A stretch of 64,000 bases of DNA, from contig MU053379.1 in NCBI GenBank assembly GCA_013239625.1, forward strand, positions 132,490 through 196,489, read 5' to 3'. The notes under the pieces were generated by a model. It saw nothing but the letters and a program-made list of their open reading frames with translations, was not told where the DNA came from and did not search any database. Shown here piece after piece: positions 37,081 to 50,075 of this stretch (positions are counted from its first letter, which is position 1; each line of letters opens with the position of its first letter). The stretch comes from Lama guanicoe. Lineage: Eukaryota. A program made the position numbers and the translations under genes.

Positions 37081-38269
37081 TTTATTTCTGAAATTGTAAT
37101 GATTCCTTTTAAAAAATATCTACACCCAAGTATGATCGATACTCGTTTTCCTCTCTCAAACAACGCAGGTGCCTTTGCAGGTCTTCACTCCGATCTCACC
37201 CCCACGTCACACATGCCACTGGGCTTTGTGAGCGAGTCTCGTTCTCTCTTTAAATCCTCAGTTTCGCCAGTGTTGTCATTTCATTCAGTGGGGTTTTCTC
37301 AGATGGACCCTCATGTTCGGCAACTCCCCCCAGCCCTGTTTATCCTTGTGTCCCGTCCCCGTATTCTGATGCCAGTTCTCCTTCCTGAAGGTCATTGTGC
37401 AGTTGTCCATCCAGTAATTTCCCACCAGAGAAGCTGCAAGACCGTGAAGCTAAGCGGCGCCTGCGTCTCCTTCCGGCGCTGCTGCCCCTGTGCTCTTTCT
37501 GACCTTTACTCCTTGTCACTAAGAGTCCGTAAGATTAAAGTTTGAGGTGGATTGAGTTGGTCGTTTTTTTTCCCCTAATTATTAAAACTTGAGGAGGTTT
37601 GAGTTGGTGGCTGTTTCTTGAAACCAGTGTCTTGACTAGAAAAAGTACATGTCTATCCAACTCTCTTCACTGATGTGACAGTAGAACCAGACCCAGCAGG
37701 CTTGTGCCAAGTGGGAATGCTTGGCTCCAGGCGCCTGGTTTGATCTGATTCAAGCCATCAGGGCTTGGTTCTCCTGTATTTATTTCTTTCTGTCAGAGTC
37801 CCAGGTGCTGTCTTTTTTCACGGGAACTCCCCAACATGGGGTTTCCAGATGGCCCCCAAGTTTAACGCTGAGAGAAAAGAGGAGACTGTTCCCCAGTCAT
37901 CTTACTAGAAGTCTCTCACGGTTGAGTCTGTCTCCCTTGCCCGTCTCTGAACTGATTACACGGCCAGAGAAATAAAATACTCGGATTGGCCAGACCTGAT
38001 TTACCTGCTCACCTCTGGAGCCATGACCACCGAATTCACAGTGGATTCAATCCCACTGAAAAGTCATGAGCTAAGAGCAGGAGGGGAAGTGACTTCCCAA
38101 GGAAAAATTTGATACTGTTTCCAGCGTCAGAGTGAATGGATCACAAACAAGGATGAAGCAAACACAGCGTGTGTCATGACGCCCAGAACCCTGCCAGGCA
38201 CCGTGAAGACAGGGAAACATATTATGCAATCCCAACCACAAAGCACGTGAAACCTTAAAAGACCAGCCC

Positions 38270-40960
38270 TGCAAAGAGTATCGTCAGCTCTGTGTCTTCC
38301 CCATCTACCAGAGATAACTGCAGCTGCCACGGACATCTCCCACCACACCCAGAACTCCTCTCCTCAGTGCCTCTGTTTTTCTTTTTCCTGCTTGAGGGTT
38401 TTCTTTAGCACAGGGAAGCTCTGAGAGGCAAGAGAATGAACGCCCTTGGGGGCAACCTTCAGACTATGAGATATGGAAGTTGGTGGATGATGCCCCAGCC
38501 CCTCCAGCAGTCCTGGACCCCGTGGGGTTGATTCTGGGGTATATTGGATACGGCACCTCAGAAACTTCCCAGCAGGATGGAGTTCAGGTTTCCCCAAGAA
38601 ATAACCCATTTATTAATGCAATTGCTTGGCTTTTCTCCCTGCTCTGTTCTGTTCTCCCCTCTCCCTCACCTGTGCTTCTGGAATCACTCCCCATGTAAAC
38701 TGACTGCAGTCGGTCCTGCCTTGGCATCTGCTTTGGGGGAAAGTCAAGGTAAGACACAAGGCGGCCTATGAGAAGCCACTAATGAGTGATATGTAGTATT
38801 TTATTGTCATAGAAGGATGGAAGCAAACTTCTGAAAGGAAAAATAGATAAGTACTTAGATTCTCAGAATTGCTGGAGGTTCTAGAAGGAGGGGAGGGAGA
38901 GAGGGATGAAGAGAGAGAGGGAGAGAGGGAGAGAGATGTTAAGCTGTGTCTTAGTGACTGATTAGGAATATGCAGGAAGGTAGACCAACACAAGCTGGAG
39001 AGGATATCAGAAGTGTGTGACGCCAGAAGTCAGGGCCAGCGTCCACAGATTAACACATGTTTAGCTCCTAATGGGCTCTGTTGAGGCTTTTGTTGCTACT
39101 GAATTGCAATTCAGTGCTTGCCTCAGCCCGGTCCTTCTTTCGCTACTCCTGGGCAGCTGCGCCCAAGAGCCATCCCTAATAAGACACTTGCAGGCAAGTC
39201 TACATCTCAGCGTGGGAAGCTGACTTAAGAGAGCTGATACCAGAAGTGGGCCAAGGAGACAGAATCCAGAATGGGATTTTGGGGTTCGGCTCCCCCCCAG
39301 CTGCCTGGCCACGAGGACTCCATCACTGGAGGTGAGTGGAGCATGGCTGTTCCCCAGCACGCCATGCTTAGCAGTGTGGTGGTTAACATTTTACCGCTGG
39401 CCACCTGGAGCGTGATTCCTGTATAGCAGACTCCGGCAGGTGCAACATGTCAGGCATCTGAGAGACACAGCGGAAGTGGTCATTTTAATGACTGTGGAAT
39501 TGGATGCCTCTTGCTAAGTACAAATGTTGTTTTGGAAAAATTTAATCAAAGGTCAGGAGTGATTAATCATCAACTGAAGGCAAAATGTGAAAGTCAGGGG
39601 ACTGCCTTGCCATTGTGCAAAGGAACTGTCATATCCTGCAGCTGGAAGGAACTTAATTAAAAGGGTGGCAGAATTCTAGAGAAGGTGGTCAAATTATCAC
39701 TGTCTGGACATCCTCCAGCACATTGGTCCACCATATTGATGATGTCATGTTGGTTGGGCTAAATTAACAAGGATTGATGAGAGCACTAGAGGTCTTGGTA
39801 AGAGTCCTGGGTTCCAGATGAAGGAGTGAACCCTACAAGGATTCAGGGCCTCCTGCATCAGTGAAATTTTTAGGGGTACTGTGGTCTGGGAAGATGGAGG
39901 ATATTCCATGCAAATTATGGGGTCTTCCCAAAACTTTGGCCACCCAGAATGAAGCACAATTCCCGGTAGGACTTTTTAGATTCTAGTGTGTCCAACACTT
40001 CATATACTGTTCTGAGCACTTTCTAGGTGACACAGAAGACTGCCAGATTCAGGTGCGTTCCAGGGCAAGAAGGGATTATATCACAGACCCAGACTGTGGG
40101 ATAACTGGCCCTCCTGCTTGGCTCATATGCTCCATCAGATCCTAAGACACTGGGGGAATCTATGGGGCAAAATACACTCTGTAGACTTTGGCCGACTCCT
40201 CCAGGCGCCAGCCTGCCTCCATGAGGAGGAGATGCAGGCATAAACAAGCTGATCCTCTTACCTCACTCAGTTCGGGGTATTTATGAAGGGCCATCCAAGC
40301 TTCAGAGCCGCTCTAAGGTCAGCTCAGTCTCTGCTGAGACTGAATCACCGTTTAACTTTCCCTCTGCCTATCCCTGCCTTTCTCATTCTCTGCAGTATTT
40401 AGGGTATGTTTGCAAATTCTTTGGTGTTTCTGCCCTCAAGACTGAGAGTAATCTCTCTCGTCTTGCATGTGGGCAGGACTTAGTGACTAATTCTAGTGAA
40501 TTATTAACTGCAGTTGTGAGGGGATGTCACTTCCTAGATTAGATGATAGAAAGACTGTGGCTTCAGGATTGGGCACACCTCCTCCCTCTCTCACTCTCTC
40601 TTCTCCTTTGGGGATGCCAGCTGCCATGTTATGTGGACACTATGGTGGGGCCCACATGGCAAAGAATGAGTTCTGCCCACACCATGTGATGAGCTTGAAG
40701 GTGGATCCCCAGTGGACAGCTTGATGAATCTTAGTAACAGACCCTGAGCCGGAACCACACAGCTAAGCTCTCCTGAATCCCTGACCCACAGGAACTGTGT
40801 GAGACAATACATGTTTATTGTTTTAAGCTACAGAGTTTGGGGTAATTTTTTACACAATAGATAGTGAATATACTTCCTTACAAATGTCCTTGAGAAGAAT
40901 CTCCAGAGAAATTCTTGCCTGCAAATCTCTACCTTGGAGTCTGTTTCCTGGGAAATCCAT
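38270..40960 (+). mobile_element. degraded ERVL-type (LTR16/ERV3-16-like) LTR and internal fragments
   Basis: LTR16-like ends (ccatgtaaactgactgcagtc..ctgctttgggggaaag; gagccatccctaataagacacttgcaggcaagtc) and pol-like remnants (attggtccaccatattgatgatgtcatgtt, aaggattcagggcc..cagtgaaatttttaggg). Confidence 0.6.
40400..40870 (+). mobile_element. MLT1-family LTR inserted in the ERVL remnant
   Basis: gcaggacttagtgact, gccagctgccatgtt, accacacagctaagctctcctgaatccctgacccacagga, tgtttattgttttaagctacagagtttggggtaattt..caatagata. Confidence 0.8.
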
Positions 40961-43900
40961 CCTAAGAAAGAAAGCAAAGGCATGTAGATATTAAAGGCTT
41001 GCTTTTTCTGAGGGATGCTGAATAATTCATTGCGGCAGAGTGTAGAGAGGCTGATACATGGCAGTGACGTTTTTGTAAGGTGAGAAAGGTGGTCTTCTAA
41101 ACTAGGCTCATGGAATACAACTTTGCCATATAGGCAGTTGTGGGGGCTACTGAAGGCTTAGAGACAAGAAGAACACTCTAGAAGCAGAATGAGGGGTGGA
41201 TACAATGGGGAGATGAGCAACAGGGAAACAAATCTGTAGCCATGATGTTCAGAGAAGAAACAATGAAACAACCTGCCCTCCAACCCCTATAGGAGGGATT
41301 AATAAAATAGGGCTAATAACAGTGCCGTCCTGATAAGGAGTTGTTAGGAGTAAGTGAGTTGACAGCTGTAAAGGGCTTAGAAAAGTGCCTGGCATGTGTA
41401 AGTGTTTGTTGGATAAATATGTGCCAGGCTAGGTGGCCAGAGAATTTATAGATCAATATTGCAACATCCCAGAGTTTGACGTTGGGGGAGCAGAATGAGA
41501 TAAGGTCAGTATTCTAGGAAACGTATTAATAAGAGAAATTGTGTTGGGTCCATGGTCACCATTCCAAGTTCGAGGTCTTGTGCCCTGCCTTAAATTTGGT
41601 TTGTGCTCTTGATCATAAGGGCAACTGGGAAGAGAAGCAAAAAATCCATCACTGTGACACTGAAAACAAATTCAGGTCTTATGTTCCTCTGTATCTGATC
41701 AGCGACTCTGAAGTCTCTCAAGGAAACAGCAGGACAGAAACCCATCCATCACCACCTGCCGTGGCCTTTCCTCTGCTCTCTCTCTACAAAGCGGACCCAG
41801 TACTAGAGGCTCCTAATGCTTCCAGGGCTGCACTGGAATAGGAGGATGCTCTGTCGGTGCTTCAGCCTGGCAAGCTCTTGCTGCCTTATCTGATAGGTCA
41901 CAATGGATTATTTTTCTGAAAGGCAATTTCTCGTTTACACAGGGCTTAAAAGGCTTTGTCTGCTGTTTCAGCTGCTGGCTCCAGCTAATGCGCCCAGCTA
42001 GCCAAAGCAGTTATTCAGTATCTATGTAATTAAGAAAGTATCAGATGTCTTATAGAATAAAGAAGAGGCAAAAAAAAATAAGATGGATCAATGCTGTCTA
42101 AAAACTCAGTCAGAAATAAGCATCTTTAGAGCAATATCCTGAGATGAGGCTCTTTACCTGGTTTTGCCATCGCTGGACTCCAGAATTTTGACTCTAAACA
42201 TTTTGGCAGGGTCTTTCCCAAACTATAGTTTCAGATGAAAAGCCATCTAATGAGGGGGTCTTTAACATGGGACTTTTTGAAGATGGCAAGTGGATTTGTG
42301 GCGAACCACTGAGCCCACATTCCAGAGTGGAAATGACACACAATTTTTCTCAGCTTGGATGACCCCCTCAAAAGACAGCCTGTGACAAGGGTTTATTACA
42401 TGCATGGGGTCTACCTGGGGGAACAGGGGTGGGGCTCTGAGAAGAGTTCACATATCCAGACGCAAATATAGATGCTTTCACAGTGTGACTTCATTTAACC
42501 ACTTTCCTATTGTTTGGTATTTAGGTTTATCTCATTTTTTTTTCTGTTAAAACAGTATTTTGGAATGTCCCTGGGAAGCATCTGTGCAAACATAGCTGAT
42601 TTCCCTAGAATAAATTGCAAAACAAATGATAAAATTTGTGACCCTGAAATAGCTGAGTCAAAGATTTTGATGCAGGTCGCCAAATTTTCCTACAGAACTT
42701 TATACCAATTTATACTCTTATGAGCAGTGCAGGGGTATGCCTATTGCTTCATAAGTGATATATGACTATTCTTTTCAGTCTTTCCTAGATAGAAAATAAG
42801 ATTTCAGTTGTTTCTCTCTGATATGTACATTTTAACTTTGAACATTTAAAAATGCTTATTGGTTATCAGAATTTTTTCTTTTGTTGATTTCCAATTCATG
42901 TCTTTTGTTCCTTTTTCTAGTGAATGTGCCAGAAGATTTTTCATATTTATTTTAACAAATTTTATATATAAGGCTTTTAGTCCTTTGCAAAAAAATATGT
43001 ATTTTTTTCACCAGCTTGTTGCTTATTTAAAAATTTTGCTTCTAATTTGATGGATGAAATTTTACAGTTCATGATGCAAAATCTGTCAAGTTAAAAATAT
43101 TTTATGTAAGGTAGAACTGAAAAGAAAAAAATATAGAAAAAATAAAGCTTAGAGAAATGTTCTAAAAAATATTTTATGCTTTTCAACTGGAATATGTACG
43201 TATGTATTCATCTTATATTCAAGATTTTGCTTTCTCTTATAAACAGCTGTCAAAGTATTATTTTCTAATCCTCTTTCCTTTCTCCATTGATCTGATGTTT
43301 TCTTTATTATAAAATAGATACACACATTTTAGTCTGTAAAATAATCACAAAATGAGGAATATGGACATTTTGAAAGTGTTTAGAAAACCTGTGTATAACT
43401 CTTTGCTTTCAAATGTGAAACTATTATTGTAATGGACAATTTTCTATGAGAACATGAATTTCCAAAGTTAATTCAAATGGAAAATCTGAAGAGATCAATA
43501 ACCATTTAAGAATTTTTAAAGTTATTGAATAATTGTTTGATAATAAAATAAATGCATCACAAATGCTAACATTTTGATACTACCACAAGTATCAAAAGAA
43601 AGAATATAGAAATTGAAAAGAATATTCAAGAGAAACTATAGACAAATTATGAGGCTCAAAAAGAACTCAAAACTACTGCTAGAATCCCAAACAATCACTA
43701 CAACCCAGTGCCCCAATCTTACAGCAAGAGCCTTCTAATCTCTGCAGAAAGCACAGCAGAAGCAAACACAAATTTTCCTGCAGAGGAAGAATGCTGCATT
43801 ATTATACTTGCTTGTGCATGCAGAGATTCCTAGAAGGTCATACAGGAAGCTGGTAACAGTGGTCACATCTGGGGAGAGAAACTGGGTGTATTTGCAAAAG

Positions 43901-44103
43901 GCAATGAGAGAGAAAAATTTCACCATATATGTATGCCCTTGTGCCTTTTCAATTCTGAGTCATATTACCCATCGAAAAATAAAAGAAATTATACTCCCAA
44001 TGAAATAGAATAAAATGTAAAAACCACAGGTCATATGAACCAACATATATAAATAATATGTTATATATATTAAAATATATATATATATATAAATATATAC
44101 ATA

Positions 44104-44555
44104 TAGTCAGCCCTTCATGTCTGTGGGTTCTGCATCCACAGATTCAAACAACCATTGAACGACAGTGGTAAAGCATAATCTATTTAGCTACTCTTTTATT
44201 AATTAATGTTTGTTTCCAACATTTATACCATCATGAATAACAAATTAATAAAAATAAACAAATAAAAAAAACAACCAAACAATTCCAGAAAGTCCCAAAA
44301 AGCAAAACTTGAATTTTCCACACACCAGCAACTATTTACATAACATTTACATTGTATTTACAACTATTTACATAGTATTTACATTGTATTAGGTATTGGA
44401 AGTAATCTAGAGATGATATAAAGAATACAAGAGAATATGCACAGGTCATAAGCAAACACTGCACCATGTTATATAAGGGACTTGAGCATCTGCAGATTTG
44501 GGTGTAAAAGGTAGATCCTGGAAACAGCCTCCCCACAGATATTGAGGGACAACTG
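44104..44555 (-). mobile_element. MER2 (TcMar-Tigger) non-autonomous DNA transposon with internal insertion
   Basis: Termini tagtcagcccttcatgtctgtgggttctgcatcc and ccccacagatattgagggacaactg are imperfect inverted repeats, flanked by TA; match to MER2 ends from recall. Confidence 0.8.
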
Positions 44556-44559
44556 TATG

Positions 44560-45310
44560 GACACAATAACATGCTTTATAATGGTCCAAAACAGTAATAA
44601 TTTAAAAATCCATTTATAGGCAAATGGTTAAATACACACTGAGGTATAGACCTGATGGAATACTATGCAGTGGTGAAAATGAATGGGGTAGACATACTTG
44701 CACATAGAAAAGTCACCATACCTACTGTGAAGTGAAATACAAATTGTGGAGAAATACACTATCATTCATGGTAAACAATTCTTCACACAAAACGAAGCTG
44801 TACATGGATCATTGTATGTATGTAATTGGGCTCCAGAAGTTCTGGAAAGATTCACACCGTATCATCATACTCTGATGTATCATCATGCAGACAGTACTAG
44901 AATGAAGATGAGATTTGATTTTGCATTGTGAGACTATATATGCATATTTTACTTGCAGAATAAAAAGAAGAAGATAATTCTGAATTTATGCTCAAAATGC
45001 TCATTAATTTGTTATTCATGATGGCATAAATGTTGGAAACAAACATTCATTAATAAAAAAATGGCTAAATAGATTATGATTTACCACTGTTGTTCAATCA
45101 GAGGAGAGGGGTCCCTCCACACTTACATTATGCTTAAATATATTGTACATAGACTGGCCACCTACTAATACATTGGCAATTTTACCTTCAGGGAGGGGAA
45201 TAGGAATGAAGGTAAGAGTGAATTAGGACTGAATAATTTGTTTCTAATACACATGTGTGCCTGTAGTGTTCAAATCTTTCAATAATAATGTATTACTGTG
45301 TAATTAAAAT
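44560..45310 (+). mobile_element. ancient L1ME-like 3' fragments
   Basis: ccatttataggcaaatggttaaatacac, gatggaatactatgcagtggtgaaaatgaatg, ttggaaacaaacatt..atggctaaatagattatg. Confidence 0.6.
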
Positions 45311-46930
45311 ATGTATCAACAGAACATGAGATCTATTGTTACAGAGTAAAAGTATGTTCATGTATTTAAAATGTAAAGGGAGCTGGGTCCTGATTCCTGT
45401 GACTGACCTACACCATTGTTCTTCTTAGTTGTTACTCCCATTCAAAGTTTCTCTCATTTGTCTACTACAACTAAATTTTGACTTTCCCTTTCATAAACTA
45501 AAGAGACCTCCAATCTCTTTCTTTTTTATTTGGAGTTTCAAATGGGTTAAAAATAGGGGCTGTTTGCTAAGGATTTTATTGACCAAAAGAATTGAAGGAA
45601 TTGCTTTATACCTCAAACAAACAAACAAACACCTGCATGTTTCTCTCCCAGGAGAATTGTTGTGTGGGAGCTCCTGGGGGAACAGGGGACTTTCTGTTCC
45701 ACTTCCTGGTGTTGGGTGCAGGCCACCCGTGTGTTGCCACGCATCAAGCAAAAGGGACATCTGGTTTCATTTTATTTTCAAATCTGAAAGAACCCAGAGA
45801 ATGAGGCAAGTATCCTGAACTGCTTTTCCAAAGGGCATTCTCATTTGTTCTGCTTCGGATGTTTAAAGGGAAGGAATTTTCCTAAACACTCTTGCCCGTC
45901 ACTTCTGAAAGCCAGATTCTCTAACCTGCTAACTCACAAAGTTTTCTGGAAAGCCAAGTTCATTATTAAGTTACAGCTTTAAATATTCCAGCAAAAGATG
46001 CTTTGCAGCACTGCTAATAGACCCTAACTCAGCTATCTCAACTTGGAAGCACTCAAGACCCTGGTTGCCTAACCAGTGTCTCTTGAAGCTTAAACCCCAT
46101 TCCCTGTATCACAGGATCTCTGTTAATAATTAGAACCAAGTGCTTAAAATTGCAGGTTCTGAGGTTCCTTTTTGTTCTTGAGCACAGAGAATACTTTGAA
46201 CATGGCTAAAAGGCAGGTGGTCATTGTCAAAACTCCTAGGTAACTTTTGCGGAAATACTTGTGTAAAGGATACAGTACTACTTCTTCATGTTATTAAGAC
46301 CCAGGTGAAGTAGCCTAATGAGGAAGCATTTCGATCTGTATTTCTTGGGAGTTCGCCTTAGATTGCCTGACCAGATTGTTTAGTAGAAGTGAACTGGCAA
46401 ATAGAAGCACAAAACTGAATTCTGATTTTAGTACCTATATTAACATGCCTATGTCTCTCAAGGTTGACAATTGGTTTACACATATACGCGCACAAATGCA
46501 CACATTCCCACCACACATTTAAAGATACGTAAATTCAATCCCACATAATTTTCTCTTACAAAACCTCACAGAAAATTGTTACCTATATTTAGCCTTTTTT
46601 ATTCTGATAATAAAACTGACACATGCTCAATACAGACAATTTTTTAAAACATCAGAAAAATACAAAACCACTAATTAGCCCACTGCCCAGAGATAACTGC
46701 AGTTTAATTAGTGCACAGACCAAAAGCAGGATATAAAACTACATATACATTATAATCACAATGGAGGAAGCTGCATCTTGCTCTTCTCAACTTGAGGGTG
46801 AGAGCATCAGAATCTCTCCAGGACATTTAAAAAAAACAACACATTTAGTTAAGGAATGAAATGTGCATCACTGCGGAATTGTCGTTTTATTTAACTATTT
46901 TCTTATTTGTGAATATTTAAGTTGTAGCTA

Positions 46931-47061
46931 GTTTTTTTGGGTTTTTTGTTGGTTATGTTTGTTTGTTTGTTTATTCATTTATTTTAAATGAGGTTCTGGG
47001 AATTGAACCCAGGGCCTTGTCCTGCTAAGCCCGTGCTCTACCACTGAGCTCTACCCTCCCC
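46931..47061 (-). mobile_element. camelid tRNA-Ala-derived SINE (vic-1 type)
   Basis: gaggttctgggaattgaacccagggccttgtcctgctaagcccgtgctctaccactgagctctaccctcccc; TSD aagttgtagcta at 46919-46930 and 47062-47073. Confidence 0.88.
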
Positions 47062-48429
47062 AAGTTGTAGCTAATTTTTTGATTGACATACTTTTGGTCA
47101 ATCTTTTCTATACCTCTGATTTTTATTAGACTAGATTCTTAAAAAAAGATTATTGGCTCAGAGAATATGCCATGTTTTTATATTCAAGAAAAACTTGCTC
47201 TTTCAAGAGTCCTTGAAAATTGGCATGTAACAGGTGCTCAGTAAATATTTGTTAAATGGATATGCACATTTAAAAGCTGTAGTTCTTAGCCAAAGCCAAA
47301 TGGCTTTCCAGACCAGTTGCACTTATTTATACACTCACCAATATAAGAAAGAGTTTCATGCCACATTCATTAGCATTCACAATTATCACTTACTTTTTAA
47401 CTATTGATAGGTGGGAAATAATAGCCTTATTGAGTTGTTGTTTTTTAAAAAAAATTCCAGTGTATTTTCCCATGTGCTTTTTGGCCACCTATTTCTTCTG
47501 GAAATTATTCAACATTTTGTCCATTTTTGGGGGGGATGTTAGTCTTTTAATATGAAATATAAATATCTGTATATACACATATACTTTGTGTAATTCTGCA
47601 TTGATACTATTCCTTGTAATATTCTTCCAGGTCGCTGTTTACCTTTAATTTGCCTTTTGATTTTAGTTTTGAAATAAATAGAATAGAATTTTTAAATTTC
47701 ATCAAATCTAGCAGATATTTTCCTTCTGATGTCTTGCTTTACTTCTAGACTGAAATAGGCAGCTCTTATCCCAAGATGAATGAAATATTTTCCTCTAGAA
47801 TAATTTATGATTTATTTTATTTTGTATTAACTCTTATCCATTCAGTATCTGATTGGTGTTAAGATGTGACATGATGAACGAACTGAATTTTCTTCTTCAA
47901 GCAACCAACTTCTGAACACCAGTTCTGAATCATCTGCTTCCTCCTGTGTTTTGCTGATGCCGCCTGTAGTGTATACTAAGTTAAAAATTCTGCATCTGTC
48001 TCAAGGCTTCAGCTGTGCTGCCATGGACCTCATGTTGTTACTGCAACTTCTTAATTATTTAATATATATAATAACAAGTAGAAATTTTTCGTCATATAAT
48101 TTAAAAACATACAGCTATTTTATTCCACTGTGAGGCTCTCAGAGTTGCACAGTGGAAAGTGAAGAGATGGCCCAGAGAACCAGTCCCCACGTCTGCTGCC
48201 GAGTAACTGAATGGCCCCTGAGAAGCTTCTGACCCACTGTGGCCCCCAGTTTTCTCATTTTTGTTAAATAGGTATAATCAGACTGACCTCCTGGTTGTTG
48301 GACTTAATTCAGGTCATGTTAGAGTTCAGCAAAGGACATTCTTAGCTGTAAGTGCCAAATAAATATTTCCCATCAACTTTATTGTTTTCTTATTTTTCTT
48401 ATCTACACAATTTTGAGATTTGGTATCAT

Positions 48430-48680
48430 ATTACTCAGGGTTTTCCATAGAAACAGAACCAATAGAATGTATATACATGTACACACACACACACACACAC
48501 ACACACAGAGACAGAGAAAGAGAGACAGGCAGAGAGTGACAGTGACAGAGACAGAGACAGGTTCATTGTAAAAGTTGACTCACATGGTTGTGGAACTAAC
48601 CAGCAGGCTGGAGACCCAGGGAAGAGTTGATGCTGCAGTTTGAGTCTGAAGGCTGTCCAGAGACAGAATTCCTTGTTTGT
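48430..48680 (-). mobile_element. MLT2-family LTR fragment containing (CA)n/(GA)n tracts
   Basis: tcagggttttccatagaaacagaaccaataga..ggctggagacccagggaagagttgatgctgcagtttgagtctgaaggc. Confidence 0.7.
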
Positions 48681-48689
48681 TTGTTTGTT

Positions 48690-49720
48690 TTATTTCTTGG
48701 AATTATCTATGCGCATAATTCAATCATCTACAATGAGCAGCAGTTCCTATCCAGTCTTGCTTACGATTTGTCTAGTTTTCTTTTCTTTCCTAGCATCCAG
48801 CATTATGTGAATGAGAGCGCTGGGAGTACGTGTCCTTGCCTTGCTTCCGATTTTAGAAAACGTTCAGACTTTCACCACTAAATGCGATGATACCTATAGG
48901 TTTTTGGTAAATGCTCCTATGAAATAAAAAGAGGTTCCCCTCTGTTTCTACTATTCTGAGAGGTTATTCTGATTTTTTTTAAATCATGAATGGGTGTTGC
49001 ATTTTATCAAATGCTTTTTTTTTGCATCAGTTGATAATAATCATGTGCCTTTTCTCCTTTAGCCTACTAAGAGCGTGGGTAATGTTGATCAGTGTTTGAG
49101 TATTGCACCTGTCTAGTATCACTGAAATAAACATCACTTGGTCACTGTGTATAATTCTTTTTAGAATTCATTTTCTATATTGCTGAATTCTGTTTGCTAA
49201 GGTAAGTTGTCATTTCTCTCTTTGCTTTTAGAATTTTGACTAAGATGTTTCTTGGTGTGGATTTATTTTTAGATTTATCCTATTTAAGCTTACCTCAGCT
49301 TGTTGAATCTGTAGGCTTATGTCTTTGGACAATTTCAGGGAGCTCCCTTTTCTCTCTTTTATCCTTCTGGAATTTTGTTAGGTTTTTTAAGCCCCACAAT
49401 TCCCTGAGGGTATATTGTTCTCACCTATTTTTCTCTCTGTTGTTTGCACTGGATAATTTTATTGTTCAGCCTTTCAGTTCACTTTTTCTTTCTTCTGCCC
49501 TCTCCTTCTGCTGTTGAGTTTGTCCCTTGAGTTTTTAATTTCAGTTGTGATTTTTTTAGTCCTGAAATTTCCATTTAATTCTTGATATCTTTTATTTTCT
49601 TGCTGAGATTTTCTACTTTTTCCATTTGTTTCAAGTATTTTTTATATGACTGATTTAAAATCTTTGTCAGACCAATCTGAGACGTCTATCAAATTGGTAT
49701 TGGGCATACAGTGATTATTA
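48690..49720 (-). mobile_element. old L1 fragments, antisense
   Basis: aatcatgaatgggtgttgcattttatcaaatgcttttt..gcatcagttgata, ttcagttcactttttcttcttctgcc..ctgctgttgag. Confidence 0.75.
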
Positions 49721-49734
49721 TTATTATTATTTTG

Positions 49735-50035
49735 TTCTTCTGCAGGAAGCTCCAGGGAAAGGATGCCCAAGGACTGACCCTTAGCTAATAAGGACAGGAG
49801 TTTGTGCATAGATGCCCATTTTCTCCCCAAGTGGTATTCCACACAGACTCTCAGAATGTCTCCAGTAAGACCAATCCCATTGTCCATAGGGGTCACTTGC
49901 TCATTATTATTCTCTTAGTTAACTTCTCTCCCTTCCCTGTCTCAGTTTTCTGTTTCCTTGCCATGCTTCCAGTGATCACTTGTCAAACAAACAATATGTA
50001 ACAAAATCCACGTCCTGGAATCTTCTGGGGTTTTG
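49735..50035 (+). mobile_element. LTR16-family LTR fragment
   Basis: ttctctcccttccctgtctcagttttctgtttcc..tgcttccagtgatcacttgtcaaacaaac..aaatccacgtcctggaatcttctgggg. Confidence 0.55.
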
Positions 50036-50042
50036 CTGTTGC

Positions 50043-50075
50043 TGTGTGTGTGTGTGCGTGTGTGTGTGTGTGTGT
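50043..50075. repeat. (TG)n microsatellite
   Basis: tgtgtg.. run with one CG interruption. Confidence 0.9.

Noticed and set aside
37072..37545. 157-aa ORF
   Set aside because: TTG start, no domain similarity, begins in repeat-derived sequence.
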